Source of the DNA: Acidimicrobiia bacterium
Lineage (GTDB): Bacteria > Actinomycetota > Acidimicrobiia > Acidimicrobiales > CATQHL01
Direction: 5' to 3'
Assembly (NCBI GenBank): GCA_021296415.1
Contig: JAGWAL010000013.1
Span: 12,158-74,116, forward strand
DNA: 61,959 nt
The notes below the pieces were generated by a model. It worked only from the letters and a program-made list of their open reading frames with translations. It made no database searches and was not told the DNA's origin. Shown in pieces: positions 37,812-46,829 of the stretch. A program made the position numbers and the translations under genes. Numbering within the stretch: position 1 is the stretch's first letter; each line of letters opens with the position of its first letter.

Positions 37812-38984
37812 TCAGAGGCCGAGTTCCGATCGCAGCTCGTGGACCCGGTCCGTGCGCTCCCAGGTGAACTCGTCGCGCTCGCGGCCGAAGTGGCCGTAGG
37901 CGGCGGTCGAGGTGTAGATGGCCCGCAGCAGGTCCAGGTCACGGATAATGACCGCCGGGCGCAGATCGAACACCTCGCGGACGGCAGGGGCGATCGCGGC
38001 CGGATCCACGTGGTGGGTGCCGAACGTCTCCACCATCACCGAGACCGGCTCGGCAATGGCGATGGAGTAGGCGATCTGGATCTCGCAGCGGTCCGCCGCA
38101 CCGGCGGCGACAAGGTTCTTGGCCGCCCAGCGCGCCGCGTAGGAGGCCGAGCGGTCGACCTTGGTGGGGTCCTTGCCGCTGAAGGCCCCGCCGCCGTGGC
38201 GGGCCATGCCACCGTATGTGTCCACGATGATCTTCCGCCCGGTGAGCCCGGCGTCGGCCACGGGCCCGCCCATCACGAAACTCCCCGTGGGGTTGACGAG
38301 GATCCGCGGGTCGGCCTCGGGGAACAGGGGACGCAGCACCGGATTGATGACGTGCTCGACGATGTCGGGCTCGATGGTGCGCCGGAGGTCGGTCCCGGCA
38401 GCGTGCTGAGCGGAGACCAGCACCGTCTCCACACCAACGGGCACGTCGCCCTCGTAGCGCACGCTCACCTGGGTCTTGCCGTCAGGACGGAGATACGGCA
38501 CAGCGCCGGCCCGGCGTACCTCCGAGAGGCGCTCGGCCATGCGGTGCGCCAGATGGATCGGCATCGGCATGAGGGTCTCGGTGTCCCGGCAGGCGTAGCC
38601 GAATACCAAGCCTTGATCGCCGGCCCCCATCACGTCAGGATCCTCGGCGGGCGCGTTGTCGACGCCGAGAGCCACCTCGGGCGCCTGCTCGCCGATGGCC
38701 AACACGACCCCGCAGACGTTGCCGTCGAAGCCGATATCGCCCCGGTCGTAGCCGATGCCGCAGATGGTGTCGCGCACGATCCCCGGAATGTCCACCCAGG
38801 CATCGGTGCGGATCTCGCCGCTCACGAGACACAACCCGGTGGTCAGGAACGTCTCGCAGGCCACCCGGCTCTCGGGGTCCTTGGCGATCAGCGCATCGAG
38901 GACGGCGTCGGAGACCTGATCGGCCATCTTGTCGGGATGGCCCTCGGTGACGGACTCCGAAGTGAAGGTGTAAGTGGGGCTCAC
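37812..38984 (-). CDS. metK: S-adenosylmethionine synthase
   Basis: ORF 37812..38984 (GTG start), ...[25 protein letters not shown]...GAGDQG... Confidence 0.95.
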   Translation of the reverse strand: MSPTYTFTSESVTEGHPDKMADQVSDAVLDALIAKDPESRVACETFLTTGLCLVSGEIRTDAWVDIPGIVRDTICGIGYDRGDIGFDGNVCGVVLAIGEQAPEVALGVDNAPAEDPDVMGAGDQGLVFGYACRDTETLMPMPIHLAHRMAERLSEVRRAGAVPYLRPDGKTQVSVRYEGDVPVGVETVLVSAQHAAGTDLRRTIEPDIVEHVINPVLRPLFPEADPRILVNPTGSFVMGGPVADAGLTGRKIIVDTYGGMARHGGGAFSGKDPTKVDRSASYAARWAAKNLVAAGAADRCEIQIAYSIAIAEPVSVMVETFGTHHVDPAAIAPAVREVFDLRPAVIIRDLDLLRAIYTSTAAYGHFGRERDEFTWERTDRVHELRSELGL

Positions 38985-39067
38985 AGTGCCTCGATCATCG
39001 TTCCCGGCGGCTGTGGGTCTGCCGCCCTCCGTCCTGTCGTGTCGTCACCCGCCCCCCGTCGGCGGCG

Positions 39068-39073
39068 ATTATA
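39068..39073 (-). promoter_or_regulatory. candidate -10 box TATAAT about 84 nt upstream of metK
   Basis: The minus strand reads gagccggTATAATcgcc. No convincing -35. A small hairpin (CCCCGtcgCGGGG) lies just after the upstream gene's stop. Confidence 0.3.
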
Positions 39074-39148
39074 CCGGCTCGCCACCGGCGGCCTCCCGGG
39101 GCGGGACCTGACCGCCACCCCCGCCCTCGCCCCGCGACGGGGCGGGTC

Positions 39149-40273
39149 TCAGGCGTTCTGCTGCGGCGGGTGGTCGCCGGTGAGACCCTGCTCGCGCCAG
39201 AGGGCGAGTTTCTCGAGGACAGGGAAGTCGTTGAAGCTGAAGAGGCAGGCATCGTCGGACGTCGAGGCGTTGGCGTGCTCGTGCCATGTCCACGAGGGCA
39301 CGCAGAAGATGTCCATCTCGACCCAGTCGAAGCGGTGCCCGCCGATGACCGAGTGGCCCGATCCCCTGGCAACCTGGTAGACGACGTTGCCGGTGTGCCG
39401 GTGGGCCCGCGTCGCCTCGCCGGGACGGAGCAGTTGCATGGCCGCACCCATCGTGGCCATGACGTGGCCGCCGGTGTGAGGGTTCACATAGCGCAGCATC
39501 ACGCCGTCGTGGGGACTCTCGACACCGGCCGAGGCGGCCCGCTGCAACGACTCGTAAGTGGCGTCGAAGGGATAGCGCAGCAGCGGCGAGTAGGGCCGGT
39601 CCCAGGAGTAGCCGGTCGGCAGCAACGCGGGACCGCCGAACGCGCCTTCGGAGTCGTTGGGTGGATGGTCGACGCTCTGGTGGTGGTCGGGATGCACCTC
39701 GTACCAGTTGGCTTCGAGGGCGTTGGCGAGCGGGATGTCCAGGCCGTCCTGCCAGAGGCAGGTCTCACCCTCCTCGTCCACGCCGTGGTCGTGCCAGGTG
39801 CCACCGGGCGTGAGCACGAAGTCTCCGGGGTGGAGGTCGACGCGGTGGCCGTCCACGACCGTGTAACCGCCCGAGCCCTCCATGATGAAGCGCAGGGCCG
39901 AGGCGCCGTGGCGGTGCGCCGAGGCACGCTCGCCGGGCCGCATGACCTGGATGCCACTGAAGAGCAGTCCGCACACGGCGCTGATCTCTCTGCGCCTCGG
40001 GTTGCGCAGGTAGACGACCCTGCGACCCGCGTCCTCGGGCGCCACGAGGTCGAGTGAGCGCAGCGCCTGGATGCGCAGCTCGGACCACCGCCACAGAGTC
40101 GGCGCCGAGAACGCATGCGGCTCCCAGGGCTCGATCTCGTTCGCGACGGTCCACAGAGCGCCGGTGTCGAGGCGGTCCAGCTCGCCGTAGTACTGCTGCA
40201 GATCTTCGCTGTCGGCAACCCGGGCGCGACCCAACTCCCGGTCGCGCGCCTCGCCGGCGGTTCGGATGCTCAT
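39149..40273 (-). CDS. gentisate 1,2-dioxygenase-like bicupin dioxygenase
   Basis: ORF 39149..40273, ...IQVMRPGERASAHRHGASALRFIMEGSGGYTVVDGHRV...GDFVLTPGGTWHDHG..., plus a second cupin with HRHTGNVVYQV. Confidence 0.8.
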   Translation of the reverse strand: MSIRTAGEARDRELGRARVADSEDLQQYYGELDRLDTGALWTVANEIEPWEPHAFSAPTLWRWSELRIQALRSLDLVAPEDAGRRVVYLRNPRRREISAVCGLLFSGIQVMRPGERASAHRHGASALRFIMEGSGGYTVVDGHRVDLHPGDFVLTPGGTWHDHGVDEEGETCLWQDGLDIPLANALEANWYEVHPDHHQSVDHPPNDSEGAFGGPALLPTGYSWDRPYSPLLRYPFDATYESLQRAASAGVESPHDGVMLRYVNPHTGGHVMATMGAAMQLLRPGEATRAHRHTGNVVYQVARGSGHSVIGGHRFDWVEMDIFCVPSWTWHEHANASTSDDACLFSFNDFPVLEKLALWREQGLTGDHPPQQNA

Positions 40274-41298
40274 GGTCGGACCTCCTGGCTGTCGTGACCG
40301 GCAAGGGTGTCGAGGAGCTCGATGGGACCGTCGAAGGGCTCATCCGGACCCCGCGGCGTGCGATCGACCGCGAGAGAGAACACGTCGAAGCGGTTGTAGT
40401 GGCCGGTGATGTTGTGCATCTGGTTGTGCTGGACGCACCGCGCCAGGTCGATCTCTCCGTAGGCGATGCCCTCTTCGTCGATGAGCGGCTCGCCGACGAC
40501 GGCCCCGTCGGGACCGCAGATCCCACTCCACGCCGAGTTGCGCCGGCGCAGGAGTTCCTGCGCCTCCGGCCCGGCCAGAGCCATGGCCGCGATGATCTCG
40601 TCGCCGATGGTCGAGCACGCAGCGACGGTGAAGACCTTCCCTTCGAACGAGTGCGCCGCGGTTCGGGTCCATATGGCAGCGGCCATGTCGTAATCCTCGG
40701 GCGCCGTCGGCAGAGCGATGTAGCCCGCCACGTGCACGAGTTCGCCCTGCTCGAGGAGGGCGAACCGTGCCAGCGGATTCGAGTTCTCGCCGCATGCCAG
40801 CACGCCGAGCGGTCCCAGCGGTGTGTCGTGGACGACGAGGCTCGAACCGTCGCCGCCGGTCCAGGTGAGCTTCTCGGCCCAGGTCGGCACGAGTTTGCGG
40901 TGCCGCCCGAGGAGGCGACCCCGATCGTCGATCGTCAGCGTGGTGTTGTAGATCGTGCCGACCCCCCGGCACGATCGTTCGTTGACGCCGATCACGACGT
41001 GGACGCCGTGGCGGCGCGCGGCAGCGGCGACGGCTGCGACCTCGGGGCCGGGAACGGTCACGGCGGTGTCGTGGAGGCGCCGGAACCACTCGCTGCCTGC
41101 GAGCGGCGTCATGATCCAGTTCCAGTACGGGTAGCCGGCGATGAAGACCTCCGGGAACGCCACGAGCGAGGCGCCGCCCCGGGCGGCTTCGGCCACCAGC
41201 GAGGCGGCACGTTCGGCGGTGGCCTGCGGTTCGAGGAACGCGGGCGCCATCTGGACTGCTGCCGCCAGATAGGGAGGCGGGTAGGAGGCGCTGCTCAT
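40270..41298 (-). CDS. nitrilase-branch carbon-nitrogen hydrolase
   Basis: ORF 40270..41298. The Glu-Lys-Cys triad context is AFPEVFIAGYPYW, HRKLVPTWAEK and LACGENSNPL. 4-nt overlaps with both neighbours. Confidence 0.82.
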   Translation of the reverse strand: MSSASYPPPYLAAAVQMAPAFLEPQATAERAASLVAEAARGGASLVAFPEVFIAGYPYWNWIMTPLAGSEWFRRLHDTAVTVPGPEVAAVAAAARRHGVHVVIGVNERSCRGVGTIYNTTLTIDDRGRLLGRHRKLVPTWAEKLTWTGGDGSSLVVHDTPLGPLGVLACGENSNPLARFALLEQGELVHVAGYIALPTAPEDYDMAAAIWTRTAAHSFEGKVFTVAACSTIGDEIIAAMALAGPEAQELLRRRNSAWSGICGPDGAVVGEPLIDEEGIAYGEIDLARCVQHNQMHNITGHYNRFDVFSLAVDRTPRGPDEPFDGPIELLDTLAGHDSQEVRP

Positions 41299-42563
41299 CG
41301 GTCGGCCACGAACGTGATCGGGAGGTGCTTGATCCCGTTGATGTGGTTGCTGCGCAGCCGATCCGGTGGGCCCGCCAACTCCAGCCGTCGCACCCGACGG
41401 GCGAGTTCCTCCAGCACCGCGGCGATCTGCAGGCGGGCGAGATGCGAGCCGAGGCAGAAGTGCGGGCCGCCCCGACCGAAGGCGATGTGATTGTTGGGCG
41501 AGCGATCGATGACGAAGTGCTGCGGCTCGTCGAAGTGCTTCTCGTCGCGGTTCGCCGAGGCGTAGTACATGACCACCCGCTCACTCGCCCGGATCGTCAC
41601 CGAACCCAACCTCGTGTCCTCCGTGGCGACGCGGCGGACGAAGTGGACCGCAGTGGCCCAGCGCAGCACCTCGTCGGCGGCGACGTACGAGTCGATCCCT
41701 CCGGCACGGAGGCGGCGCCACTCGCCGGGATGTGTCGCCAGGGCCGCCAACCCGTGACTGATCGAGTGCCGGGTTGTCTCGTTGCCCGCCACCACGAGCA
41801 TCAGGAAGTAGTTGCAGAACTCCCGGTCGGTGAGCTCCCGGCCGCCGGCCCGACCGGTCGCGAGCGCGCTGACGACGTCTGCGCCCGGCCGGTGCCGGCG
41901 CTCGACCGCCAGCTCCCGCCCCAGGTCGAACGCCTCGAGGGAGGCCGGATGGCCGAACGGCAGGAGACGGCGCAACTCGGCGGGCACGGCCTCGACGGCA
42001 GGGTCCCGGAACTCGGGGTCGTCGGACCCGATGACGGCATCGCTCCAGCGGATCATGTCGTCGCGCCGGTCCGGCGGGATGCCCATGATCTGGCAGAGCG
42101 TGAGGATGGGGAGGCGCTCGGAGATGACCGAGACGGCGTCACAGGTGCCGCGCCCGAGTGCCTCGTCGATGAGTCCGGCCGCCGTGGAGCGAACCGACTC
42201 CCGCAACTTCCGGACCGCCTTCGGCGTGAACAGCCGCGCCGTGATCCGGCGCATGTCGGTGTGCTGCGGAGGATCCATCTCGAGCAGGGTCCGCCGCACG
42301 TCGCACTGCTCGTCGTCGAGGTCGTCGAGGCTGATGACGCCTTTGCGGGAACTGAAGCGCCCCGTGTCGCGCGAGACGACCACGATGTCGTCATACGCCG
42401 TCACCGCCCAGAACCCCTCGTGCCCGCCGCCGCGATCGTTCCACGCGACGGGGCTCGATCTCCGGAGGCGGGCGAACTCCTCGTGCGGCACGCCGCTCCT
42501 CCACAGTTCCGGGTCGGAGAGATCCACGGCGGCCCGCGGGCGTGTGGGAGCCTTTGCCGTCAC
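41295..42563 (-). CDS. cytochrome P450 (copy 4)
   Basis: ORF 41295..42563 (GTG start) with VAGNETT, DEVLR, FGRGGPHFCLG and RSNHINGIKHLPI. Confidence 0.92.
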   Translation of the reverse strand: MTAKAPTRPRAAVDLSDPELWRSGVPHEEFARLRRSSPVAWNDRGGGHEGFWAVTAYDDIVVVSRDTGRFSSRKGVISLDDLDDEQCDVRRTLLEMDPPQHTDMRRITARLFTPKAVRKLRESVRSTAAGLIDEALGRGTCDAVSVISERLPILTLCQIMGIPPDRRDDMIRWSDAVIGSDDPEFRDPAVEAVPAELRRLLPFGHPASLEAFDLGRELAVERRHRPGADVVSALATGRAGGRELTDREFCNYFLMLVVAGNETTRHSISHGLAALATHPGEWRRLRAGGIDSYVAADEVLRWATAVHFVRRVATEDTRLGSVTIRASERVVMYYASANRDEKHFDEPQHFVIDRSPNNHIAFGRGGPHFCLGSHLARLQIAAVLEELARRVRRLELAGPPDRLRSNHINGIKHLPITFVADR

Positions 42564-42830
42564 GTCGACTCACCCACGACACAATGTATAGCGTATTAGT
42601 CGTGATCGCTGTAATAGCAATATGCTATGAACATCACCCGAAACCTGGAGGTTGCCGGCGTCGTCCCAGCCGGACTCCCGTCCAGAGCCATCTGATCCGC
42701 TCTTGGCTAGGCACTATACGTCCTCTCCACCTCGACATACAACACGACGGCAGCGGTGATCAGAGTGATAGCTTGGCCCGCCCAGCGCTCAGAGCCTTAC
42801 GTAATCCTTGCGATAGCGAATTATCAATCC

Positions 42831-42836
42831 TAGAAT
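42831..42836 (+). promoter_or_regulatory. candidate -10 box TAGAAT, 6 nt before the GTG of the PaaX-like gene (a leaderless transcript is plausible)
   Basis: Read directly: cctagaatgagagtGTGgcg. No SD is possible in the 6-nt gap. Confidence 0.35.
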
Positions 42837-42842
42837 GAGAGT

Positions 42843-43673
42843 GTGGCGAACCCTCGGGAGACGATTCTGGACCTCTACGGATCGTTCATCAGAGACTTCG
42901 GGGGCTGGATCGCGGTGGCCGATCTGATTCGCCTCCTCGACACGCTCGGCATCGACGAGGCGTCGTCCCGCTCGGCGGTCTCCCGCATGAAACGGGCCGA
43001 ACTCCTGCAGCCGGCCATCCTGGGGGGCGTCAAGGGCTACAGACTCACCACGCCGGCCGAGGAGTGGTTCGCCGACGGCGACCAGCGCATCCTGCATCGG
43101 AGCGGTCCGGTCGAGCACACCCGCTGGGTGCTCGTCTCGTTCTCGGTGCCGGAGGGCGAGAGGATGATGCGATACCGGCTGCGGGCCCGCCTCAGCGCTC
43201 TCGGATTCGGGCAGGCCTCCGCGGGACTCATGGTCGCTCCCGTCGCCGTGATGGCGGAGACCGAACGGACGCTGCGGCGTGAGGGGCTCGACTCGTACGT
43301 CACGCTCTGGGACGCGACCCACGCGGGTTTCACCAGCACCGCGGCCATGGTGGCGTCCGCCTGGGACCTCCCGGCGATCCGAGCCGCCTACGACACCTAC
43401 ATGGCATCGCAGAGGCCGGTGCCGGCGGCGCTGGAGTCCGTGGTCGATGACGACCGGGAGGCGTTCCGTCACTACGTCGCCAACGTCAACGCCTGGCGTG
43501 CCCTCCCCTACCTCGACCCTGGACTCCCACTCTCGGCGCTGCCGGCCGGCTGGCCGAGTTCCGAGGCCGCGCAGCTCTTCGACGCCGTCGCGGCCCGGTT
43601 GCGCCCCGGCGCCTGGCGCTGGTTCGTCAGGATCTGCTCCCGGAATCACGAGGTGAGGGCGAAGGCAGGATGA
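42843..43673 (+). CDS. PaaX-family transcriptional regulator
   Basis: ORF 42843..43673, ...LDLYGSFIRDFGGWIAVADLIRLLDTLGIDEASSRSAVSRMKRAELL..., with a PaaX-like C-terminal domain. Confidence 0.78.
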   Translation: MANPRETILDLYGSFIRDFGGWIAVADLIRLLDTLGIDEASSRSAVSRMKRAELLQPAILGGVKGYRLTTPAEEWFADGDQRILHRSGPVEHTRWVLVSFSVPEGERMMRYRLRARLSALGFGQASAGLMVAPVAVMAETERTLRREGLDSYVTLWDATHAGFTSTAAMVASAWDLPAIRAAYDTYMASQRPVPAALESVVDDDREAFRHYVANVNAWRALPYLDPGLPLSALPAGWPSSEAAQLFDAVAARLRPGAWRWFVRICSRNHEVRAKAG

Positions 43674-44464
43674 TCGATCATGACCGCCATCCGATCTCCT
43701 GGCGCGATGCCGGCGAGGGTCCGCCCGTGATATTCCTGCACGGACTCGGCGGCACCCGCACGGCCTGGGATCCGCAGTTGCGCGGCCTGGCCGATCGGTT
43801 CCGCTGCATCGCCTGGGACATGCCGGGCTACGGGGCCTCGGCCCGCCTGGAGGAATTGACGTTCCCCGCCATCGCCGACAGCCTCGCCGGGCTGCTGGAC
43901 ACTCTGGAACTCGAGACCGCCGATCTCGTCGGGTTGTCGTTCGGCGGCATGCACGCGCTGCACGCGGCCGTCCACCATCCCGCCCGGGTGCGCCGGCTGG
44001 TGCTCGCCGACACGAGCCCCGCATTCGGACTCGACGGAACCACCGCACAGGAATGGAAGGAGGCCCGGCTCGCACCGATCGAGCGCGGCCTGGCCCCCTC
44101 CGACATGGCCGCGGGGGTCATCGAGTCGATCTGTGCGAAGCCTCTGGAGCCCGGGATTCGCGGTCAACTCGTTGCATCGTTCGCTCGGATCTCCGCGGCC
44201 GGCTTCCGGGCCTCCGTCGAGTGCCTGGTGCATCACGACGTTCGCGGCCAACTGGCCGGCATCGCCTGCCCGTCGCTGGTGATCGTTGGCGAGGCCGACC
44301 GGGAGACGCCCGTGGCGTACGCGGAAGCGCTGGCGGCCGGCCTTCCGAACAGCAGCCTCGAGGTGCTGGAAGGAGTCGGCCACCTGTCGCCGTCGGAAGC
44401 TCCGGAGCACTTCAACCGGCTCGTCGGAGACTTCCTCGGGCGGCCCGACGCGCCGAGCGATTGA
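43670..44464 (+). CDS. alpha/beta hydrolase
   Basis: ORF 43670..44464 with VIFLHGLGG, nucleophile elbow GLSFGG and a late GHLSPSE His. ATGA overlap with the regulator. Confidence 0.85.
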   Translation: MIDHDRHPISWRDAGEGPPVIFLHGLGGTRTAWDPQLRGLADRFRCIAWDMPGYGASARLEELTFPAIADSLAGLLDTLELETADLVGLSFGGMHALHAAVHHPARVRRLVLADTSPAFGLDGTTAQEWKEARLAPIERGLAPSDMAAGVIESICAKPLEPGIRGQLVASFARISAAGFRASVECLVHHDVRGQLAGIACPSLVIVGEADRETPVAYAEALAAGLPNSSLEVLEGVGHLSPSEAPEHFNRLVGDFLGRPDAPSD

Positions 44465-44479
44465 CAGCAGGAGGACTCG

Positions 44480-45658
44480 ATGAGCGACACGATCCGCACA
44501 CCCGCCCGGCTGGCGATCGTGGACCGGGTCAGCCGGCTCGGTCCGCTGTTCGCCAAGCGCACCGCCGAGTACGACCGTGAGGCGCGTTTCCCGTACGAGA
44601 ACTGGGGGGACCTCCGCGACGCCGGACTGCTGGGCATCGCCGTTCCCGTCGAAGCAGGCGGCCTGGGCGGCGACTTCGTGGCCTACGCCCTGGCGTCGGA
44701 GGAACTGGGGCGCCACTGCGCCGCCACGGCGCTCACCTTCAACATGCACGTGGCGACGACGTTGCTCGTCGGTGAGATCGCCGACGCACTCGACCTGACC
44801 GCAGCGGAACGGGGGCTGCTGGCCGAGCGCCGCGCCCGACTCTGGGACGGCATCGCCACCGAGCAGCACATCCACAGCCAGCCCTTCTCGGAGGGCCGCG
44901 CCGCCGGGGCCACCGGCGGCTACGCCACCCGCGCCACGCCGGTCGAGGGTGGCTACCGGGTCACCGGACGCAAGATCTTCGCATCGCTGGCCGGCGCCTC
45001 CAACTACCACAACATCCTGTGCCACACCGACGGCGACCCGCTGGTGCGGCTGCTGGGCGTTCCCCACGATGCCCATGGTCTGAGGATCGAAGGCGAGTGG
45101 GATCCGCTCGGCATGCGCGCAACCGACTCGCGCAACCTGGTCATGAACGACGTGTTCGTACCCGCGGAGAACGAGTGGCTACCGCCCGGAGCCTTCGACC
45201 AGGCCGCGACGCGCTGGCCGTACATCTTCATGACGCTCTCATTCACCTACCTGGGGCTGATGCGGGCAATACGCGACTTCACAGCCGAATATCTTCGGGA
45301 GAGTGGCCGAGCGACCAATCCCATCAAGCAACAAGGATGGGCGGAGATGAACCTCGTCTACGAGCAGGCGCAGGCGCTCTGTTACCGGATCCTCGGCGAC
45401 GTGTGCGTGGATCCCGAGCCGGCCAAGGTCCACCGGGCGTGGGCTTCGCTGGTCACGACGATGGAGGGGGCTCCGGCCATGGCCACCACCGCCATCCGCA
45501 TCTGCGGTGGACGGTCGATGCTGCGCCCGAGCCTCATCGAGCAGGCCTACCGGGATGCACGCTGCGGTGCCGCCATGCTGCCGTGGAGCGTGGAGGTGTG
45601 CCTGGAGCGGCTCGGTGCCGCGGGCCTCGCTGATCCGGCAGAGGGAGCCTCGCGATGA
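44480..45658 (+). CDS. acyl-CoA dehydrogenase-fold flavoprotein (paralogue of 14516..15718)
   Basis: ORF 44480..45658. Shares EYDREARFPYENW..., LTFNMHVAT and the C-terminal RDARCGAAMLPWSVEVCLERLG with the other copy. Confidence 0.75.
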   Translation: MSDTIRTPARLAIVDRVSRLGPLFAKRTAEYDREARFPYENWGDLRDAGLLGIAVPVEAGGLGGDFVAYALASEELGRHCAATALTFNMHVATTLLVGEIADALDLTAAERGLLAERRARLWDGIATEQHIHSQPFSEGRAAGATGGYATRATPVEGGYRVTGRKIFASLAGASNYHNILCHTDGDPLVRLLGVPHDAHGLRIEGEWDPLGMRATDSRNLVMNDVFVPAENEWLPPGAFDQAATRWPYIFMTLSFTYLGLMRAIRDFTAEYLRESGRATNPIKQQGWAEMNLVYEQAQALCYRILGDVCVDPEPAKVHRAWASLVTTMEGAPAMATTAIRICGGRSMLRPSLIEQAYRDARCGAAMLPWSVEVCLERLGAAGLADPAEGASR

Positions 45659-46701
45659 ACACCACCGCCACCGAATGGCGCTGGGTGCAGCGCTATGCCG
45701 AACAGTTCCGGGCGTGCGACCTGCAGGCCGGCGAGGTGGCCGTGCTGCTGTCGGAGGCCGCCAGCAGGCCGCTGATCGTCGAGACGGCCCGCATGGCGCT
45801 GGAGTCGCTGGGCGCGGCCGTGGCCGACGTGCGCATGCCGACGCCGACCAATCCCGGCCCTGTCCCCATCCGCTCGACCGGGGCCTCGGTGGCCCTGGCC
45901 GGGCACCGGGCGGCCATCGCCGCTCTGGCGGCCGCCGACTTCGTCGTGGACTGCACCGCCGAGGGACTGCTGCACGCCCCCGAGTTGGGCGAGATCCTGG
46001 CGGGGGGCAGCCGCGTGCTGATGATCTCCGCCGAGCACCCCGAGAATGCCGAACGCTGGCCCCACGACCCGACGCTGGCCGAGCGCGTGGAACACGGTGT
46101 GGCGCTGCTGACCGCCGCCGAGGTGATGGGTATCACCAGCGCCGCCGGCACCGACCTGCGAGTCCACCTCCCCGGCGCGGTCCGGGCCGGCTCCCACGGC
46201 TGGTGCACCGCACCCGGCAGCATCGCCCACTGGCCCGGCGGACTGGTCCTGGCGTTCCCGGCCGAGCGAACCGTCAACGGCACGCTCGTGCTGGCGCCCG
46301 GTGACGTCAACCTCACCTTCAAGGAGTACATTCGCGAGCCCATCAGCCTGCGGATCATCGACGACTACATCGTCTCCATCGACGGCGACGGCCACGATGC
46401 GGCACTGATGGAGTCCTACCTGGCGTCCTTCGAGGAAGTCGACGCCTACGCGGTCAGCCACGTGGGCTGGGGGATGAACCCGGGCGCCCGCTGGGAGGCC
46501 CTGGCCATGTGGGACAAGGGCGACCTCAACGGCACCGAACTGCGGGCCTTCGCCGGCAACGTGGTCTACTCCACCGGCGCCAACGAGACCGCCGGCCGCT
46601 TCTGCCGCGGCCACTTCGACCTGCCCATGCGCAACTGCACCGTCACCCTCGACGGCGAAACGGTCGTCGACGAGGGGAGACTACGCGCCGACCTTCGCTA
46701 G
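45655..46701 (+). CDS. NicX-like (2,5-dihydroxypyridine 5,6-dioxygenase / M29 aminopeptidase-fold) protein
   Basis: ORF 45655..46701. ...HWPGGLVLAFP...GTLVLAPGD...SHVGWGMNPGARW...STGAN...CRGHFDLPMRNC... matches my recollection of P. putida NicX, including the His/Ser/His-x-Asp iron-ligand contexts. Confidence 0.65.
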   Translation: MNTTATEWRWVQRYAEQFRACDLQAGEVAVLLSEAASRPLIVETARMALESLGAAVADVRMPTPTNPGPVPIRSTGASVALAGHRAAIAALAAADFVVDCTAEGLLHAPELGEILAGGSRVLMISAEHPENAERWPHDPTLAERVEHGVALLTAAEVMGITSAAGTDLRVHLPGAVRAGSHGWCTAPGSIAHWPGGLVLAFPAERTVNGTLVLAPGDVNLTFKEYIREPISLRIIDDYIVSIDGDGHDAALMESYLASFEEVDAYAVSHVGWGMNPGARWEALAMWDKGDLNGTELRAFAGNVVYSTGANETAGRFCRGHFDLPMRNCTVTLDGETVVDEGRLRADLR

Positions 46702-46829
46702 TCGAGCCGGCCAACTCGTGCCGGTGGAGACGGTCGAGGAGATTCGCGCCGGCATTATGGACCGCCGGCACGCCGCCACCGCCGCCCGGGATCGAGCACG
46801 CTGACGGCGGGAATCGGGGGACGGACCGG

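Noticed and set aside
38985-39148. Possible SAM riboswitch (SAM-I or SAM-IV) in the metK leader.
   Set aside because: Reading the minus strand I found only a TATAAT box, one GGCGGC...GCCGCC hairpin and an SD. None of the conserved S-box or SAM-IV core segments is recognisable. A covariance-model search would be the definitive test.
42542-42838. 98-aa ORF on the plus strand across the AT-richer spacer.
   Set aside because: It overlaps the P450 start, has no SD, its composition simply mirrors the spacer, and it has no recognisable motifs. It is more likely a promoter/operator region.
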